Source: Actinomycetes bacterium
Lineage (GTDB): Bacteria > Planctomycetota > Phycisphaerae > JAACET01
NCBI GenBank assembly: GCA_030614915.1
Contig: JAUXAG010000006.1
Span: 66,642 to 130,641 of the forward strand
DNA length: 64,000 nt
Direction of reading: 5' to 3'
Part shown: piece by piece, positions 49,340-59,932 of the stretch
How the letters are laid out: each line of letters starts with the position of its first letter
Position numbering within the stretch: position 1 is the first letter of the stretch
Notes under the pieces: generated by a model
The model's database searches: none
What the model saw: only the letters and a program-made list of their open reading frames with translations
What the model was told of the DNA's origin: nothing
Position numbers and translations under genes: made by a program

Positions 49340-50599
49340 TTACCACACCTCTACCAGCTTGCCCGGGCCGAACCGCTCCGCGGCGTATCCCCACCCTTGG
49401 GCCGGGATCCGTGCACCCCCATCTTTTCGCTCCCCATCGCTGTCAAAATCCAGGTGCCGCCGATAGGCCGCCAATTGCGAAACGTAGTCCCGAGCAGAAT
49501 CATACAGCCAAGTGGTTACAGCCCCAGCCGGCGGAGTTCGCTTGAGTTCCCCGCAAGTGCCCAACACCGGAATCCAGCCCTTGAGCCGTTCGCACAGCCT
49601 TGGGCCCAGCTCCCGAACAATGCTCTGAGCTTCGACCCGAACCTGCCTCGCCAGCTCCAATGAGCAATAACAGCCCAGGGCCTCAGCCAATAGACACCCT
49701 ATTGTCCCCGGATGCAGAGCCGCCAGGGCGTCCAGTTCGGTGGCCCCGGCACCATGGTAGCATTCAAAGCGAGCTTTGCGCCGGTTGCTTCTCCTGATCG
49801 GTGTCCGCGGCAAATCATACCGCCTGCATTGGCTCCCGGTCAGCATCAAAGTACACAGCTTAACCTCCGGATGTGCTCGCTGGCGGCGCAAAAGGTATTC
49901 CAGTTTGCGGGATACCGATAAAGGCATGCCCCGACCGGCGGGGTCAAAATCGCTGATGTAGAAAATCCTGGTCGGCCGAGCAGAGCGGACCACCCGTTCT
50001 ACCAAACCCACCACAGCGGTAAGTGACATCTCACCCAACGAGCCGACCACATTAACCATATATTCCTTAGCCACTGGCAGCACTTCATCCAGGACCGAAG
50101 ATTTCTCCATCCAAACTTCCACGTAGTAGCGCTGCTGGCGTCCAACCAAACCCGCCGCTACCCGATCCGACAATTCTGACAACATAAGTTTGAGCCATCG
50201 CACCGCCGGAGCTGTTTTATCCCCCCAACCCTGCGAAAAAACAATCGGCTGAGCATTCCGCCGATCCTCGAACACCTCGTAAGGTATCAGACCCAGATAA
50301 CGCGCATATTTACAGCCGTGGTGCATCAGGTCCCAGTCACGCGGCGAATTCGTATAGGCTGACCCGTCCGGACGACAGATATCCGGACGCGCCACTGCCA
50401 GGTAGTGCAGCCGCCGAACGTGCACCGGCACCGGACTGCCCACCAAACGATAAATCCATCTGACCCAACGGGCCTGAAGATAGTGCGAAGGGGTTCCCAT
50501 GTAGAAAGGATCGTTCCTCCGGTACAGGGCCAGATACTTCTCGATCGATTGGCCCTGCATCCGGGCAAGCCTCTTTAGAACAGCATATGGTGCGGCCAT
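49340..50599 (-). CDS. Hypothetical protein; possible Toprim-like core (E ... DxD)
   Basis: 419 aa. EVWMEKSSVLD ... about 70 aa ... RIFYISDFDPAGRGM resembles Toprim Glu and DxD spacing. Weak. Confidence 0.4.
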   Translation of the reverse strand: MAAPYAVLKRLARMQGQSIEKYLALYRRNDPFYMGTPSHYLQARWVRWIYRLVGSPVPVHVRRLHYLAVARPDICRPDGSAYTNSPRDWDLMHHGCKYARYLGLIPYEVFEDRRNAQPIVFSQGWGDKTAPAVRWLKLMLSELSDRVAAGLVGRQQRYYVEVWMEKSSVLDEVLPVAKEYMVNVVGSLGEMSLTAVVGLVERVVRSARPTRIFYISDFDPAGRGMPLSVSRKLEYLLRRQRAHPEVKLCTLMLTGSQCRRYDLPRTPIRRSNRRKARFECYHGAGATELDALAALHPGTIGCLLAEALGCYCSLELARQVRVEAQSIVRELGPRLCERLKGWIPVLGTCGELKRTPPAGAVTTWLYDSARDYVSQLAAYRRHLDFDSDGERKDGGARIPAQGWGYAAERFGPGKLVEVW

Positions 50600-50920
50600 T
50601 AGTGCCTTTGCTTGTGAGCAGCAGCAACGACCCGGACGTCTGCGATCTGCCGGCTCCTATTCCGTACACTAACAACCCCCCTGCCTCTACATCAGGCAAA
50701 TATATCCGGACCAATAAGACTCCACTAGCAAGTGCCTAGTCTACCGTCTAACCCTAATGAGACGATCTGCACCTGTGACAGCCCTATGACAGACTGAATC
50801 GGAATTCTGTATTTCTTTGCTGAATACAGAATCGCAGACCTTCGCAACGCAACTACCGAGTGTAGGCCTTGCCCTGCGGCATGGTGGGCATGGTCAAAAG
50901 CTTGACCAAAAGAGCCCCAG

Positions 50921-51361
50921 TTAATATATTAGTGCTGCTGTGGCTTTGCCGCGCTTTTGCTTCTTGGAGTCGTCGATAATTAGTTCGATCAGCTCGCCTT
51001 TGCCAGGTGCCAGAGCAGCCAGCATTTCGGAGGCTTTGATTTGCAAAACGATCTGCGGCTGCCATCGGCCGACATTGAGGAAGTTGTTGAAGCGGCTGCG
51101 GTGTGGTTGGCTTCGGCTGTCCAGATGTCGGTAGAGGGCCGCTATGTTCTTTCGCCCCCAGGAAATAGTCATCAACAGGACCAAGGTGCGGAAGTACCGG
51201 AAGTGGTCCCAGTGGAACTGATCTTTCAAAGAATCGAAAAAAGACTCCAGTTTTTTGGGGAAACGGACGATCTTGAACATGAGGGCAATCTCCTGTCGAT
51301 AAGTTGTTGTGATAAAGCTCTTATCGATGAGATTGCCTTTTTTTGTTGATAAATTGTTCAT
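50921..51361 (-). mobile_element. IS4/IS701-like transposase N-terminal fragment (truncated, no DDE domain)
   Basis: 146-aa ORF, low GC, lacks the catalytic region. Ends ~60 bp from tRNA-Gly. The family call is pattern recognition only. Confidence 0.35.
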
Positions 51362-51422
51362 GTCCGTCTAAAATCTTCTCAAAAAGTCAGTCAAGTTGAG
51401 TATATAACAATGACAAATAGTT

Positions 51423-51494
<72 letters not shown>

Positions 51495-51510
51495 TTTCGT
51501 AATAGCTTTT

Positions 51511-51538
51511 GGAGCCTAGGGTTACAACCCTAGGCTCC
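51511..51538 (+). terminator. Perfect 11-bp hairpin immediately 3' of tRNA-Gly; tandem TTTTGGGACAGTT x2 follows at 51563-51587
   Basis: ggagcctaggg ttacaa ccctaggctcc. Candidate tRNA terminator and/or att-site/arm-type integrase binding repeats. Confidence 0.45.
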
Positions 51539-51896
51539 TGGCCGTTTAGGCTTACCTCTGATTTTGGGACAGTTTTTGGGACAGTTCTACGCCGAAACTT
51601 ACCTGCGTGGTATTGACTTCACGCCAATCCAACACTAGCAGCAATCAGTTAAATCCCCCACAGACGTTATTGTCAGAGCAATGTCAATCCGCAAGCAGGT
51701 GAGTAGCATGCGCAATTAGAAACTGCCTCATTGGTAGGCATGTTCCCTCCCGATAGGCACTGTCGGCCTTTGATTATCGCTAAGCGGTGATTATCCAGGA
51801 GGCCGGGCCAGATCTCCACTGGGAAGATTGTAGTACATAGGGGTTTTTGCTGAGAGGCCTGGTCTTTCTATGGCTTGCAGCTCTTGTTCATCTGCT

Positions 51897-52994
51897 TTAG
51901 CCAGCTTTGTGCAACCTAGTTTTAGCCCGGGACAACCGAGCGGGTTGCGGTCGAGAAATACCTGCCACCTTGTCATACAGTTCTTCCGGAACCTGTAGAT
52001 AGTGCCGGCTTGAAACACGTATATCATGACCCAGCCAAGCACTGACTACGTATTGAGGATATTTCTGGGCCCAATCAGTTTCACGGTTACGACGGAGTAC
52101 TTGACACCAAGACGCCCATCTTTGTAAACCTGCCCGTTTGCAGATTACGCCGAAATCTCGCCAGAGATTGCTCTGTCCAAGGGATCTTCTCGGAATAACA
52201 AGGGGCTTGCTCTTATCCCTTTTCGAGAATGCTTCGAGAAGCAGATTGAACAAATCCGGCTCGATAGGAACTATTCTCCGTCTTGCGGTTTTTTCGGCGA
52301 CAATCTCTAGTCGCCGATGCTCCCAATCTACAGCTGACCAAGGCAAGTTTAGAGCTTCGCCCTGCCGCAGGCCAGCTAATCGACATAGAGACAGCAATGC
52401 ACGCCAAGGGATTGACGGGCACGCATCAAGCAGCTTTTCGAAGTCTTTTGGGCTGACATATCTCCAATTCTTATCCGGCTCTGGGGCGATTCCTGAGAGC
52501 CGATCAAAGGGATTGAAGAGAACCAGATCATCTCGCAGTGCGTGATTGAAGATGGTCTTAGCATTACGAATGTGCTGACAGACGGTACCTTCTGCCAGTC
52601 CCTCATGTTTTGATGCTTTTCCTTTAGCCAGGCTCGATCGCCAGTCGGCTGCAGCTGCGCGGGTAATTCTATCGATACGAATGCTCTCGCCAAAGTACTC
52701 CAGCAAATAGCTGGCAGTCCGTTCGTGTAACTCTAAGGTGCCCTTCTTTATGTCGGTCCGAGAATCAAGATATCGCTGCAGATATTGCCCGAACGGCAGA
52801 GCCTTGCCAAGACTGTATCTACCAGGATCAACGTGTAGTTTGGCCATGAATCTCTCAGCTAGTACCCTTGCTTGGCGTTTTCGGATCCTCTTGGTCGAGC
52901 CAAGGCTTTTAGTTCGCCTCTTACCAAATTGGTCGTAGTATTTGACCTTCCAGTATCCTGAATCTTCATATAGACGAATTGGGTTTGTATTCAT
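51897..52994 (-). CDS. Tyrosine-type site-specific integrase
   Basis: Box I-like GLRQGEALNL and C-terminal H..R..Y region (LGHDIRVSSRHY). Start at MNTNPIRLY with a GGGAG RBS. Track ORF extends to 53111. Confidence 0.75.
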   Translation of the reverse strand: MNTNPIRLYEDSGYWKVKYYDQFGKRRTKSLGSTKRIRKRQARVLAERFMAKLHVDPGRYSLGKALPFGQYLQRYLDSRTDIKKGTLELHERTASYLLEYFGESIRIDRITRAAAADWRSSLAKGKASKHEGLAEGTVCQHIRNAKTIFNHALRDDLVLFNPFDRLSGIAPEPDKNWRYVSPKDFEKLLDACPSIPWRALLSLCRLAGLRQGEALNLPWSAVDWEHRRLEIVAEKTARRRIVPIEPDLFNLLLEAFSKRDKSKPLVIPRRSLGQSNLWRDFGVICKRAGLQRWASWCQVLRRNRETDWAQKYPQYVVSAWLGHDIRVSSRHYLQVPEELYDKVAGISRPQPARLSRAKTRLHKAG

Positions 52995-53226
52995 TATTAT
53001 ACTCCCTATATTTCCTGGAGGCCTCCTTCTGACCTTGACAGCCCGCACATTCTGTTGGATACAACGGACATCATTAGTTGTTAGTCTAAATGGCTTGCCT
53101 GAAGAGCGCAAGAGGCAAAATCGGATATTTTAAAATTTCTTCGACTGTTCGGAAACCTCGGTTTTTGACGGTAAGCCGGCGTTTTGCCTGCTAATTACTG
53201 GGCTGAATTCCAAAGTGCTATCCAAA

Positions 53227-53505
53227 TTATCGCGGGTTGGTTTCTGTCAGCTCCTCCAAAAGCCGCTCCAACTCAATGCGGCGGAAGCGAATGCTCTTAC
53301 CAACTTGGGTGGCCCGCAGGAGTCCCTTCCTACGATAATAGCGGAGGGTATTCGCCGAGTCTTTGGTTTTGATCCCATCGAGTCGCAAATATCGAATAGC
53401 CTCCTCTTCCGTTAGAAGTTCGGGGCAAGGCTGCCATGGGTCTCCCGGAAGGATGGAGATATGACCAGTTATTGTTGTATTCTTGTGGATTTTCATACCA
53501 ACCAC
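53227..53505 (-). CDS. Excisionase / AlpA-family HTH DNA-binding protein
   Basis: EEAIRYLRL...NTLRYYRRKGLL...GKSIRFRRIELERLL. Typical MerR-like excisionase HTH. Confidence 0.6.
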   Translation of the reverse strand: MVGMKIHKNTTITGHISILPGDPWQPCPELLTEEEAIRYLRLDGIKTKDSANTLRYYRRKGLLRATQVGKSIRFRRIELERLLEELTETNPR

Positions 53506-53715
53506 ATCTCAGCATGCGGATATACTTCCCATTCCATGTCCTCTCACCTGCATGAACTGAAAAGGCACCTGTCACACACGAAGCAGCCGGAATCCCGACG
53601 CATGGGCTGGCTGCACTCGAAGTACAAGCAATCAATGCCCACATTACGGTGAGCTATATAAGAACATGAATTCTTGATCACAATCTTTGGCCTCTACTGA
53701 GACGTCCCAGTCTTA

Positions 53716-54282
53716 TCAAGCCGTTGGAAGGACTATATCCTTCTGATACTGGTATTTGCCTTTGCGGTCGGCGTACGAAGTAGCGCAGGGCATATCACTT
53801 TCAAAGAACAGTACTTGAGCCAGACCTTCGCCCGCGTAAATCTTCGCCGGCAAAGGAGTAGTATTGGAGATCTCCAGCACAGCCTTGCCTTCCCAGCCGG
53901 GCTCAAACGGCGTTACATTTACAATGATTCCACACCTGGCATAAGTAGACTTGCCGACACAAATGGTCATTACATTTCTGGGAATGCGGAACAACTCAAG
54001 GCTCAGAGCTAAAACAAAACTGTTAGGCGGTATCAGGCAGACCTTACCATCGAACTCTACTAGCCCTCTGGGGTCGAAATTCTTGGGATCAACGACCGCC
54101 CCGTAAACATTGGTAAAGATGCGGAACTGACTGGATACTCGCAGATCATACCCAAAAGACGAGTTTCCAAACGAGATGACCGGTCGGCCATCAATGCTGC
54201 GGACCTGGTTTTGAACAAAGGGCTCAATCATACCGTATTCCCTGGCCATCTTTGCAATCCATGTGTCGGGGCGGATACTCAT
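53716..54282 (-). CDS. dcd: dCTP deaminase
   Basis: [11 protein letters not shown]..., [22 protein letters not shown] motifs (dUTPase-fold trimer). Start at MSIRPD just after the nrdG stop. Confidence 0.8.
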   Translation of the reverse strand: MSIRPDTWIAKMAREYGMIEPFVQNQVRSIDGRPVISFGNSSFGYDLRVSSQFRIFTNVYGAVVDPKNFDPRGLVEFDGKVCLIPPNSFVLALSLELFRIPRNVMTICVGKSTYARCGIIVNVTPFEPGWEGKAVLEISNTTPLPAKIYAGEGLAQVLFFESDMPCATSYADRKGKYQYQKDIVLPTA

Positions 54283-54295
54283 AGTTTTAGTCTCC

Positions 54296-54931
54296 TTAAT
54301 GTTCTTTCGCTCGAGTTCGAAGCGCCGGATCAAGGGCATGCTGCGGACAGAATTTCTGCAGGCGATGTGCAGATCCGGAAGGAATGAGTTTGCCTATTGA
54401 ATCGATGTCCCTCGGCGACAATAGAGCCTTTACCACGGTTGTCCGGAATTCATGAATAACCTTACTCCTGGCAATCAATTCGATGCTTTCCAGAATTTGA
54501 CTAGTGGGCGTACGTACGCCTGTGAGACGATCATAAATTCGGAGAGGCGCTTTGACATCCATGGCAATGAAATCTACCAACCCATCTTGCAGAACTGCAC
54601 GCAGTACATGTGGCTGACTGCCATTGGTATCCAGCTTGACCAAAAAACCCTCGGACTTTATGCGAGCAAGAAACTCAGGCAGGTCTGCCTGAATAGTCGG
54701 TTCCCCTCCGGTGACTACTACCCCATCGAGTCGTTTGTTACGTGATTGGAGGATCTCAAAAAACTCTTCTTCGGGTATCAAGCAGAATTCAAAGACATCT
54801 GCGGATATTAATGATCCGTTATGACAATAAGGGCAGCGGAAATTGCAGCCCTGAGTGAAGGCCACAGCTGCTGTCCGACCGGGAAAATCAGAGAGACTGA
54901 ACTTATTTAAGCCGCCGATTCTCATGATCAA
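54296..54931 (-). CDS. nrdG: Anaerobic ribonucleotide reductase activating protein (radical SAM)
   Basis: [10 protein letters not shown] radical-SAM cluster motif. 4-nt overlap with the nrdD end. Confidence 0.85.
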   Translation of the reverse strand: MIMRIGGLNKFSLSDFPGRTAAVAFTQGCNFRCPYCHNGSLISADVFEFCLIPEEEFFEILQSRNKRLDGVVVTGGEPTIQADLPEFLARIKSEGFLVKLDTNGSQPHVLRAVLQDGLVDFIAMDVKAPLRIYDRLTGVRTPTSQILESIELIARSKVIHEFRTTVVKALLSPRDIDSIGKLIPSGSAHRLQKFCPQHALDPALRTRAKEH

Positions 54932-57060
54932 GCCTCTATTTTGTAGTTCTTCCTAAGGGCAAACTCCGCCTGCTTGCCTTTGTTCCATTGGCTTACAGGC
55001 CTCAGGTATCCGACCACGCGGGAGTAAACCTCGGTCTGGGCGTTACACTTGGGGCACTGAGGCTGCTGACCGGATATGTAGCCGTGCGCAGGACATACAG
55101 AGAACACCGGTGTTATGGTAAAATATGGAAGACGGTATTTGTGGCAAACCTCTCTGATAAAGGCTTTTACGGCCTGAGGGTCTGGCGTGGTCTCGCCGAG
55201 ATAGACATGTAATACCGTACCGCCGGTGTAGAGAGTCTGTAGCTCATCCTGGAGGTCTAAGACCTCAAAGATGTCGCCCGTATAGTTGACCGGTAATTGA
55301 GTGGAATTGGTATAGAAGGGCTCTCCTGTCTGATTGGCACAAATAATGTCGGGGTAGTGTTCCTTGTCCAGCTTGGCCAGCCGATAGCTGGTACTTTCTG
55401 CCGGGGTGGCTTCCAGGTTGTAGAAGTTGCCGGTCTGTTCTTGGAAGCGGATAAGAATTTGGCGCATAAAATCCAAGACTCTGATAGCAAAAGAGCGGCC
55501 TTGTGAGGTGCCGATATCGCAGCCTAGTAGGTTCAGGCCGGCTTCATTCATACCCACGAGGCCTATGGTGGAGAAGTGGTTGTACCAGTAACAGCCGTAA
55601 TGCTGTTTGATCTGTCGCAAATAGAATTTGGTATAGGGAAAGAGGTCCTGCTCGGTGAGCCGTTCGAGGACCTTGCGCTTCGTTTCCAGGCTTGTTCTGG
55701 CAATCTCCATCAACTGGTTGAGCCTCTGGAGAAAGTCGGCCTCATTAACGGCCAGATACCCCAGGCGGGGCATATTAATGGTTACTACACCGATCGAGCC
55801 GGTCAAGGGATTGGCCCCGAAAAGTCCACCCCCGCGTTTTCTTAGAGAACTCAGGTCCAAGCGGAGCCGACAGCACATCGAGCGGACATCGTCAGGAGAC
55901 ATGCCGGAATTGACAAAGTTGGCAAAATAAGGCAGGCCGTACTTGGCGGTGATTTCCCAGAGCTGTTCCAATTCTGGAGCATTCCAATCAAAATCTTCTG
56001 TGATGCTATAGGTGGGAATGGGGAAAGTGAAAGGACGACCCTTGGCGTCGCCCTCGGCTAAGACTTCCAGAAAAGCCCGATTAAAAAGATTCATCTCCGG
56101 CTGGAAGTCACCGTAAGTCTCCCTTTGTGGCTGGCCGCCTATGATGACCGCCTGGTCCGCCAGCGATTTGGGAGGCTGCAGATCCAGGCTAATATTGGCA
56201 AAGGGGGCCTGGCCTCCGACCCGGGTAGGCACGTTGCTATTGAAGATGAATTCCTGAAGAGCCTGTTTTATTTCTCTAAAGATCAGGCCGTCATAACGGA
56301 TAAATGGAGCGAGCAAGGTGTCAACATTAGAAAACGCCTGGGCTCCGGCCGCTTCGCCCTGGAGGGTGAAGATGAAGTTGACCATCTGACCCAGCACAGA
56401 GCGAAAATGCCTGGCCGGTCTGCTTTCAACTTTGCCTGGAGCACCCCGGAATCCCCACAAAAGCAGTCCGTACAGATACCATCCCACGCAATAGGGCGCA
56501 AGAAGCCCGAGGTCGTGAAGGTGTATTGCTCCAGACTCATATGCCTCGCGGACCTCCGGGCTGTAGATTTTCTCGAGCCAGTAATTCTTGCTGATGTCGC
56601 CGGATACGTAGTGGTTTAGTCCCGGCAGAGAGTAACCCATATTGCTGTTTTCACGCACCTTCCAATCACGGCGGTCCAGATAACTGTCTACCCGGTCAAG
56701 ATCAATCTTCTGGGCCATCTTTCTGATTCGCGTGTGCTGATCGCGATACCGGATGTAGGCCTTGCCGGTCTTTCTGAAAAGCGAGGCCAATAAAACGTCT
56801 TCCACCACATCCTGTATTTGTTCCACGGTAGGCGGTTTTTGTGGCAGAATTGTCTCGGCCTGGTTCAACACCTCAGTTGTGAGTGTTCGGGCAGTGTCTT
56901 GGCCAAACTCACCGGTGGCCTGGCCTGCCCGCAGTATGGCCGATTCGATTTTCCTGGCATCAAAAGGAACTAAGCGACCGTCACGTTTCTGAATTTGGTC
57001 AAATGGACAGTCGCCAAGATCGCCAAGGTCTCTTTGGGATTGTTCCGGCAAGCCTATCAT
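54928..57060 (-). CDS. nrdD: Anaerobic ribonucleoside-triphosphate reductase (class III)
   Basis: 710 aa. C-terminal zinc site CPAHGY...CPKCN and glycyl-radical motif RVVGYLRP. Confidence 0.85.
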   Translation of the reverse strand: MIGLPEQSQRDLGDLGDCPFDQIQKRDGRLVPFDARKIESAILRAGQATGEFGQDTARTLTTEVLNQAETILPQKPPTVEQIQDVVEDVLLASLFRKTGKAYIRYRDQHTRIRKMAQKIDLDRVDSYLDRRDWKVRENSNMGYSLPGLNHYVSGDISKNYWLEKIYSPEVREAYESGAIHLHDLGLLAPYCVGWYLYGLLLWGFRGAPGKVESRPARHFRSVLGQMVNFIFTLQGEAAGAQAFSNVDTLLAPFIRYDGLIFREIKQALQEFIFNSNVPTRVGGQAPFANISLDLQPPKSLADQAVIIGGQPQRETYGDFQPEMNLFNRAFLEVLAEGDAKGRPFTFPIPTYSITEDFDWNAPELEQLWEITAKYGLPYFANFVNSGMSPDDVRSMCCRLRLDLSSLRKRGGGLFGANPLTGSIGVVTINMPRLGYLAVNEADFLQRLNQLMEIARTSLETKRKVLERLTEQDLFPYTKFYLRQIKQHYGCYWYNHFSTIGLVGMNEAGLNLLGCDIGTSQGRSFAIRVLDFMRQILIRFQEQTGNFYNLEATPAESTSYRLAKLDKEHYPDIICANQTGEPFYTNSTQLPVNYTGDIFEVLDLQDELQTLYTGGTVLHVYLGETTPDPQAVKAFIREVCHKYRLPYFTITPVFSVCPAHGYISGQQPQCPKCNAQTEVYSRVVGYLRPVSQWNKGKQAEFALRKNYKIEA

Positions 57061-57307
57061 TCGAAAATATCCAATAATATCTACGCGCCGCGTGCAACCT
57101 TTTTGATACTGAGCATCTTCTGATCACACACGTCCATTAAATCAGAAATGTAATGAGCACGAATTCCCTCTACCTAACCAATCACTGATTTCTGCATTGC
57201 TCGATGATTTCAGGTTGTTGTGTGTGGTAATGACCGAACCATGTGCAAGCTCAGCCAGTGCGTGAGCTGAGCTTGCCCGAAAGAGGCAAACCAGGGAGGT
57301 AAAGAAA

Positions 57308-57451
57308 ATGCAAAGTTGTCCCTTGTGTGGTGTAATTAGGTACGGAAGTAAATACTTGGGCAAGTACTGTCCGCGATGTGGCAGGACGATTACGGACTTC
57401 CAAACAGATCTGGTCGATGACTTCCTTTCGGAAGACGACATACTGAGGTGA
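57308..57451 (+). CDS. Small zinc-ribbon protein (47 aa), overlaps the ArdC start; not in the ORF track
   Basis: MQSCPLCGVIRYGSKYLGKYCPRCGRTITDFQ... I translated it by hand. Its TGA overlaps the GTG start of the next gene. Confidence 0.35.
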   Translation: MQSCPLCGVIRYGSKYLGKYCPRCGRTITDFQTDLVDDFLSEDDILR

Positions 57452-58269
57452 TCAAAACGAACACAAATCAAACCAAGCAATTGGCCAAAGAGGCCACTGA
57501 TCAATTGATAGAGGCTGTTGAGGCCGGAAAGAGCGAAAAGCTCAAGGCCTATCTGGCTATGATGGGCAAGTTTCATCGTTATAGCTTTGGCAATGTCATG
57601 CTGATAGGAGCCCAGAAACCGAATGCGAGCAGAGTGGCGGGCTACCGAACCTGGAAAAAACTCGGCAGACAGGTCAAAAAGGGTGAAAAGGCTATCCGTA
57701 TTCTGGCCCCGATGGTTCGGCGGAACAAGCGTCAGCAAGAGGAGGGGGATGACCAGGAAGAAAATGTGACCTTTTTCAAGACCGTTTGCGTCTGGGACAC
57801 GACCCAAACGGATGGCAAACCACTGCCGGAATTCTCTGAGGTTGCAGGTGATCCGGGCAAGTACATTGACCGCTTGAAAGGCTACGTAGCCAGCCGGGGT
57901 ATCAAATTGGAGTACTCCAATTCTATCGGGCGTGCCGAAGGGCTTTCGGCCAAGGGCAGGATCATCCTCAGGAAAAACCTTTCTCCGGCTGAGGAATTTT
58001 CCGTATTGCTGCATGAGCTTTCTCATGAGACATTACACCAAGGCGAAGAACCGACAAAGAACAAGACTGTGCAGGAGACCGAGGCCGAGGCAGTTGCCTT
58101 TGTTGTCTGTCAAGCGGTGGGGCTGGATACCAATACCGCGTCCAGTGATTATGTGCAGCTCTACGACGGCAAGAAGGAAACGCTTATTTCTTCGCTTGAG
58201 CGGATCCAGCAGACAGCCGCCGACATCATTGACAACTTGATGCCTGAGCAGAAAAGATCTGCTGCCTGA
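57448..58269 (+). CDS. ardC: ArdC-like antirestriction protein (N-terminal ssDNA-binding domain + C-terminal HExxH metalloprotease-like domain)
   Basis: N-terminus YLAMMGKFHRYSFGNVMLI...GYRTWKKLGRQVKKGEKAI. C-terminal LLHELSHETLH. Confidence 0.7.
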   Translation: MIKTNTNQTKQLAKEATDQLIEAVEAGKSEKLKAYLAMMGKFHRYSFGNVMLIGAQKPNASRVAGYRTWKKLGRQVKKGEKAIRILAPMVRRNKRQQEEGDDQEENVTFFKTVCVWDTTQTDGKPLPEFSEVAGDPGKYIDRLKGYVASRGIKLEYSNSIGRAEGLSAKGRIILRKNLSPAEEFSVLLHELSHETLHQGEEPTKNKTVQETEAEAVAFVVCQAVGLDTNTASSDYVQLYDGKKETLISSLERIQQTAADIIDNLMPEQKRSAA

Positions 58270-58346
58270 AAAACGGCTCCCGGCCTGGCTTTTTGGGCAG
58301 GGCTTATCGCGCAGTCTTGGCCAGGCCGGGGTAGCCCGGTAGGTCA

Positions 58347-58616
58347 CTAAGACGAGGTGCCGGAGGCTTCCTCACTCTCCTTCAGGCTGATATACTCGAA
58401 GGCCTTGGCGGTCACCAGCTGAAGCTTCGGCAACTCTTCGGGGAAGAAATAGTCGGTGTTCTTCCACACACCGTCCTGCTGGAAACGCTTCTGGATGCGG
58501 GTGGAGTAGCGAACGACGATAGTGCCGTTCTTATCCACCTCGTCCTTCCACACACTCGCGGATACGTTGCCGGCGCGGATGACTTTGATCGGTGCCGTGT
58601 TTGTCTGTTGAGTCAT
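58347..58616 (-). CDS. Hypothetical 89-aa protein
   Basis: ORF only. No Gly-Gly C-terminus, so not an obvious Ubl. Confidence 0.35.
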   Translation of the reverse strand: MTQQTNTAPIKVIRAGNVSASVWKDEVDKNGTIVVRYSTRIQKRFQQDGVWKNTDYFFPEELPKLQLVTAKAFEYISLKESEEASGTSS

Positions 58617-58789
58617 GGTTTTACTCCTTGTGAAAGAGGGTTACTAGAATTTGAATACTGTCCGAGTAGGCGAACAGTGACGTCTTGAGCTGGCCGTGAG
58701 CGCAGCGACTCTAGCCGCAGGCTCACAGCCGCTAGATCTCCGGAGACCCCGCCGCCCTCGCTCAATCACAGACAGTCTGTCAAGTTCGT

Positions 58790-59023
58790 CTAGTCACCCA
58801 GCGGGATCCGCCGACGAACCGGCCTTCGCTCTTGCCGTACAATCGGTGGAGCAGATTCCCGAACCACGGGTGTCTTTTCCAGTTGGGCGATGCGACCCTC
58901 CAGCTTCGCCAGACGATGATCGTCCGGGCGAGCCAGGGCGCCGCCATTGCCGCCGGGGCTGAGATAGCCCAAAAGGTTGCGGCGTCTAACGCTAACGATG
59001 TCGGTCATAGTCTGTCGTGCCAT
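58790..59023 (-). CDS. Hypothetical 77-aa protein 13 nt downstream of the E1-like gene
   Basis: ORF in operon position. Arg-rich. Uncertain. Confidence 0.25.
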   Translation of the reverse strand: MARQTMTDIVSVRRRNLLGYLSPGGNGGALARPDDHRLAKLEGRIAQLEKTPVVRESAPPIVRQERRPVRRRIPLGD

Positions 59024-59035
59024 TGTTTGGCTCCT

Positions 59036-59932
59036 TTAGAAAGAAGTATTACAAACCTCACAGGTCGGATTCCGATCCGCCTGCAGAAAATGTACTGCCA
59101 GCCCTGTCTCCGAAGGCCGATTTTCCATGAAGATGATGTTCTTTTCCGGATCAAAAAGTTCTTGCAGCGGTCCAGTGCTCGCTGAGAGAAGCCACATCGC
59201 TACTCGGGCACACATATTGGCTACCGGCTGTACGTCGATTCCCATGATAGACTCCCGATGCAGAGTCTCGATATCATCCTCGGATTCAACCCCCAGAGAG
59301 CATCGCAGGCAGGGACTATTTCCCGGCCTGGTCCAGATGACGCTGGCCTGCCGGGCCTGGCGGTGGAAAAAGGCGTAAGCAACCGGTTTGAGCCAGTAAG
59401 CCAAGGAATCAAACCTTAGTAGCTGCCGGCCCTCATCAAAGGCTCCCACCACAACATCTGAACTTTCCACCAAAGCAGCGATTTCACCATCGCTCAGGTC
59501 TGCCGTATTCTTGCGAAGAGGTGTTATGTGTGCATGCGGGTACATCTGCAGCAGGTATTTTCGATGGGCCAGTACTTTGGGTGTGCCGATACTGTCCGGC
59601 GGATAAAAGGTTCGCCCGGCCTCCAGATTTTCTTTTTGGACCGTGTCATGATCAAGTTCTGTAAGAGAGCATCCCATAGCCACCAGCTGCAAACCGGTCC
59701 ACCAACCGACTGCACCGGCCCCGATTTGGAGCACTTTCATGCCTGTCAGACCGGCCTGCTCCACCAGAGCATGTCTTATTGGCTCGTCATTCCGATGATT
59801 TGCGGCAACACTATCAAGTCTCGCCAGGGGATTGGAAAAAACCTTTGAATTTGCAGAAGCCGGCCTTTCCCTGTCCGGGTCTTTGATCAGATAGCGGCCG
59901 CTGGCCAGTCTTATTTTTTGGGGCTGTGTCAT
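59036..59932 (-). CDS. E1-like (ThiF/MoeB/HesA family) adenylyltransferase
   Basis: VLQIGAGAVGWWTGLQLVAMG Rossmann motif. Collinear with ThiF/MoeB through ...D.D.V...NL..., IG.PKV, PCLRC...CEVC zinc motifs. ATGA overlap with the upstream gene. Confidence 0.75.
   Translation of the reverse strand: MTQPQKIRLASGRYLIKDPDRERPASANSKVFSNPLARLDSVAANHRNDEPIRHALVEQAGLTGMKVLQIGAGAVGWWTGLQLVAMGCSLTELDHDTVQKENLEAGRTFYPPDSIGTPKVLAHRKYLLQMYPHAHITPLRKNTADLSDGEIAALVESSDVVVGAFDEGRQLLRFDSLAYWLKPVAYAFFHRQARQASVIWTRPGNSPCLRCSLGVESEDDIETLHRESIMGIDVQPVANMCARVAMWLLSASTGPLQELFDPEKNIIFMENRPSETGLAVHFLQADRNPTCEVCNTSF

Noticed and set aside
57142-58026. 294-aa minus-strand ORF overlapping ardC
   Set aside because: Antisense to the well-supported ArdC-like gene. 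No motifs.
58347-59023. Small proteins downstream of the E1-like gene as ubiquitin-like partners
   Set aside because: Neither the 89-aa nor the 77-aa ORF ends in Gly-Gly or shows a beta-grasp-like pattern. Kept as low-confidence hypotheticals only.
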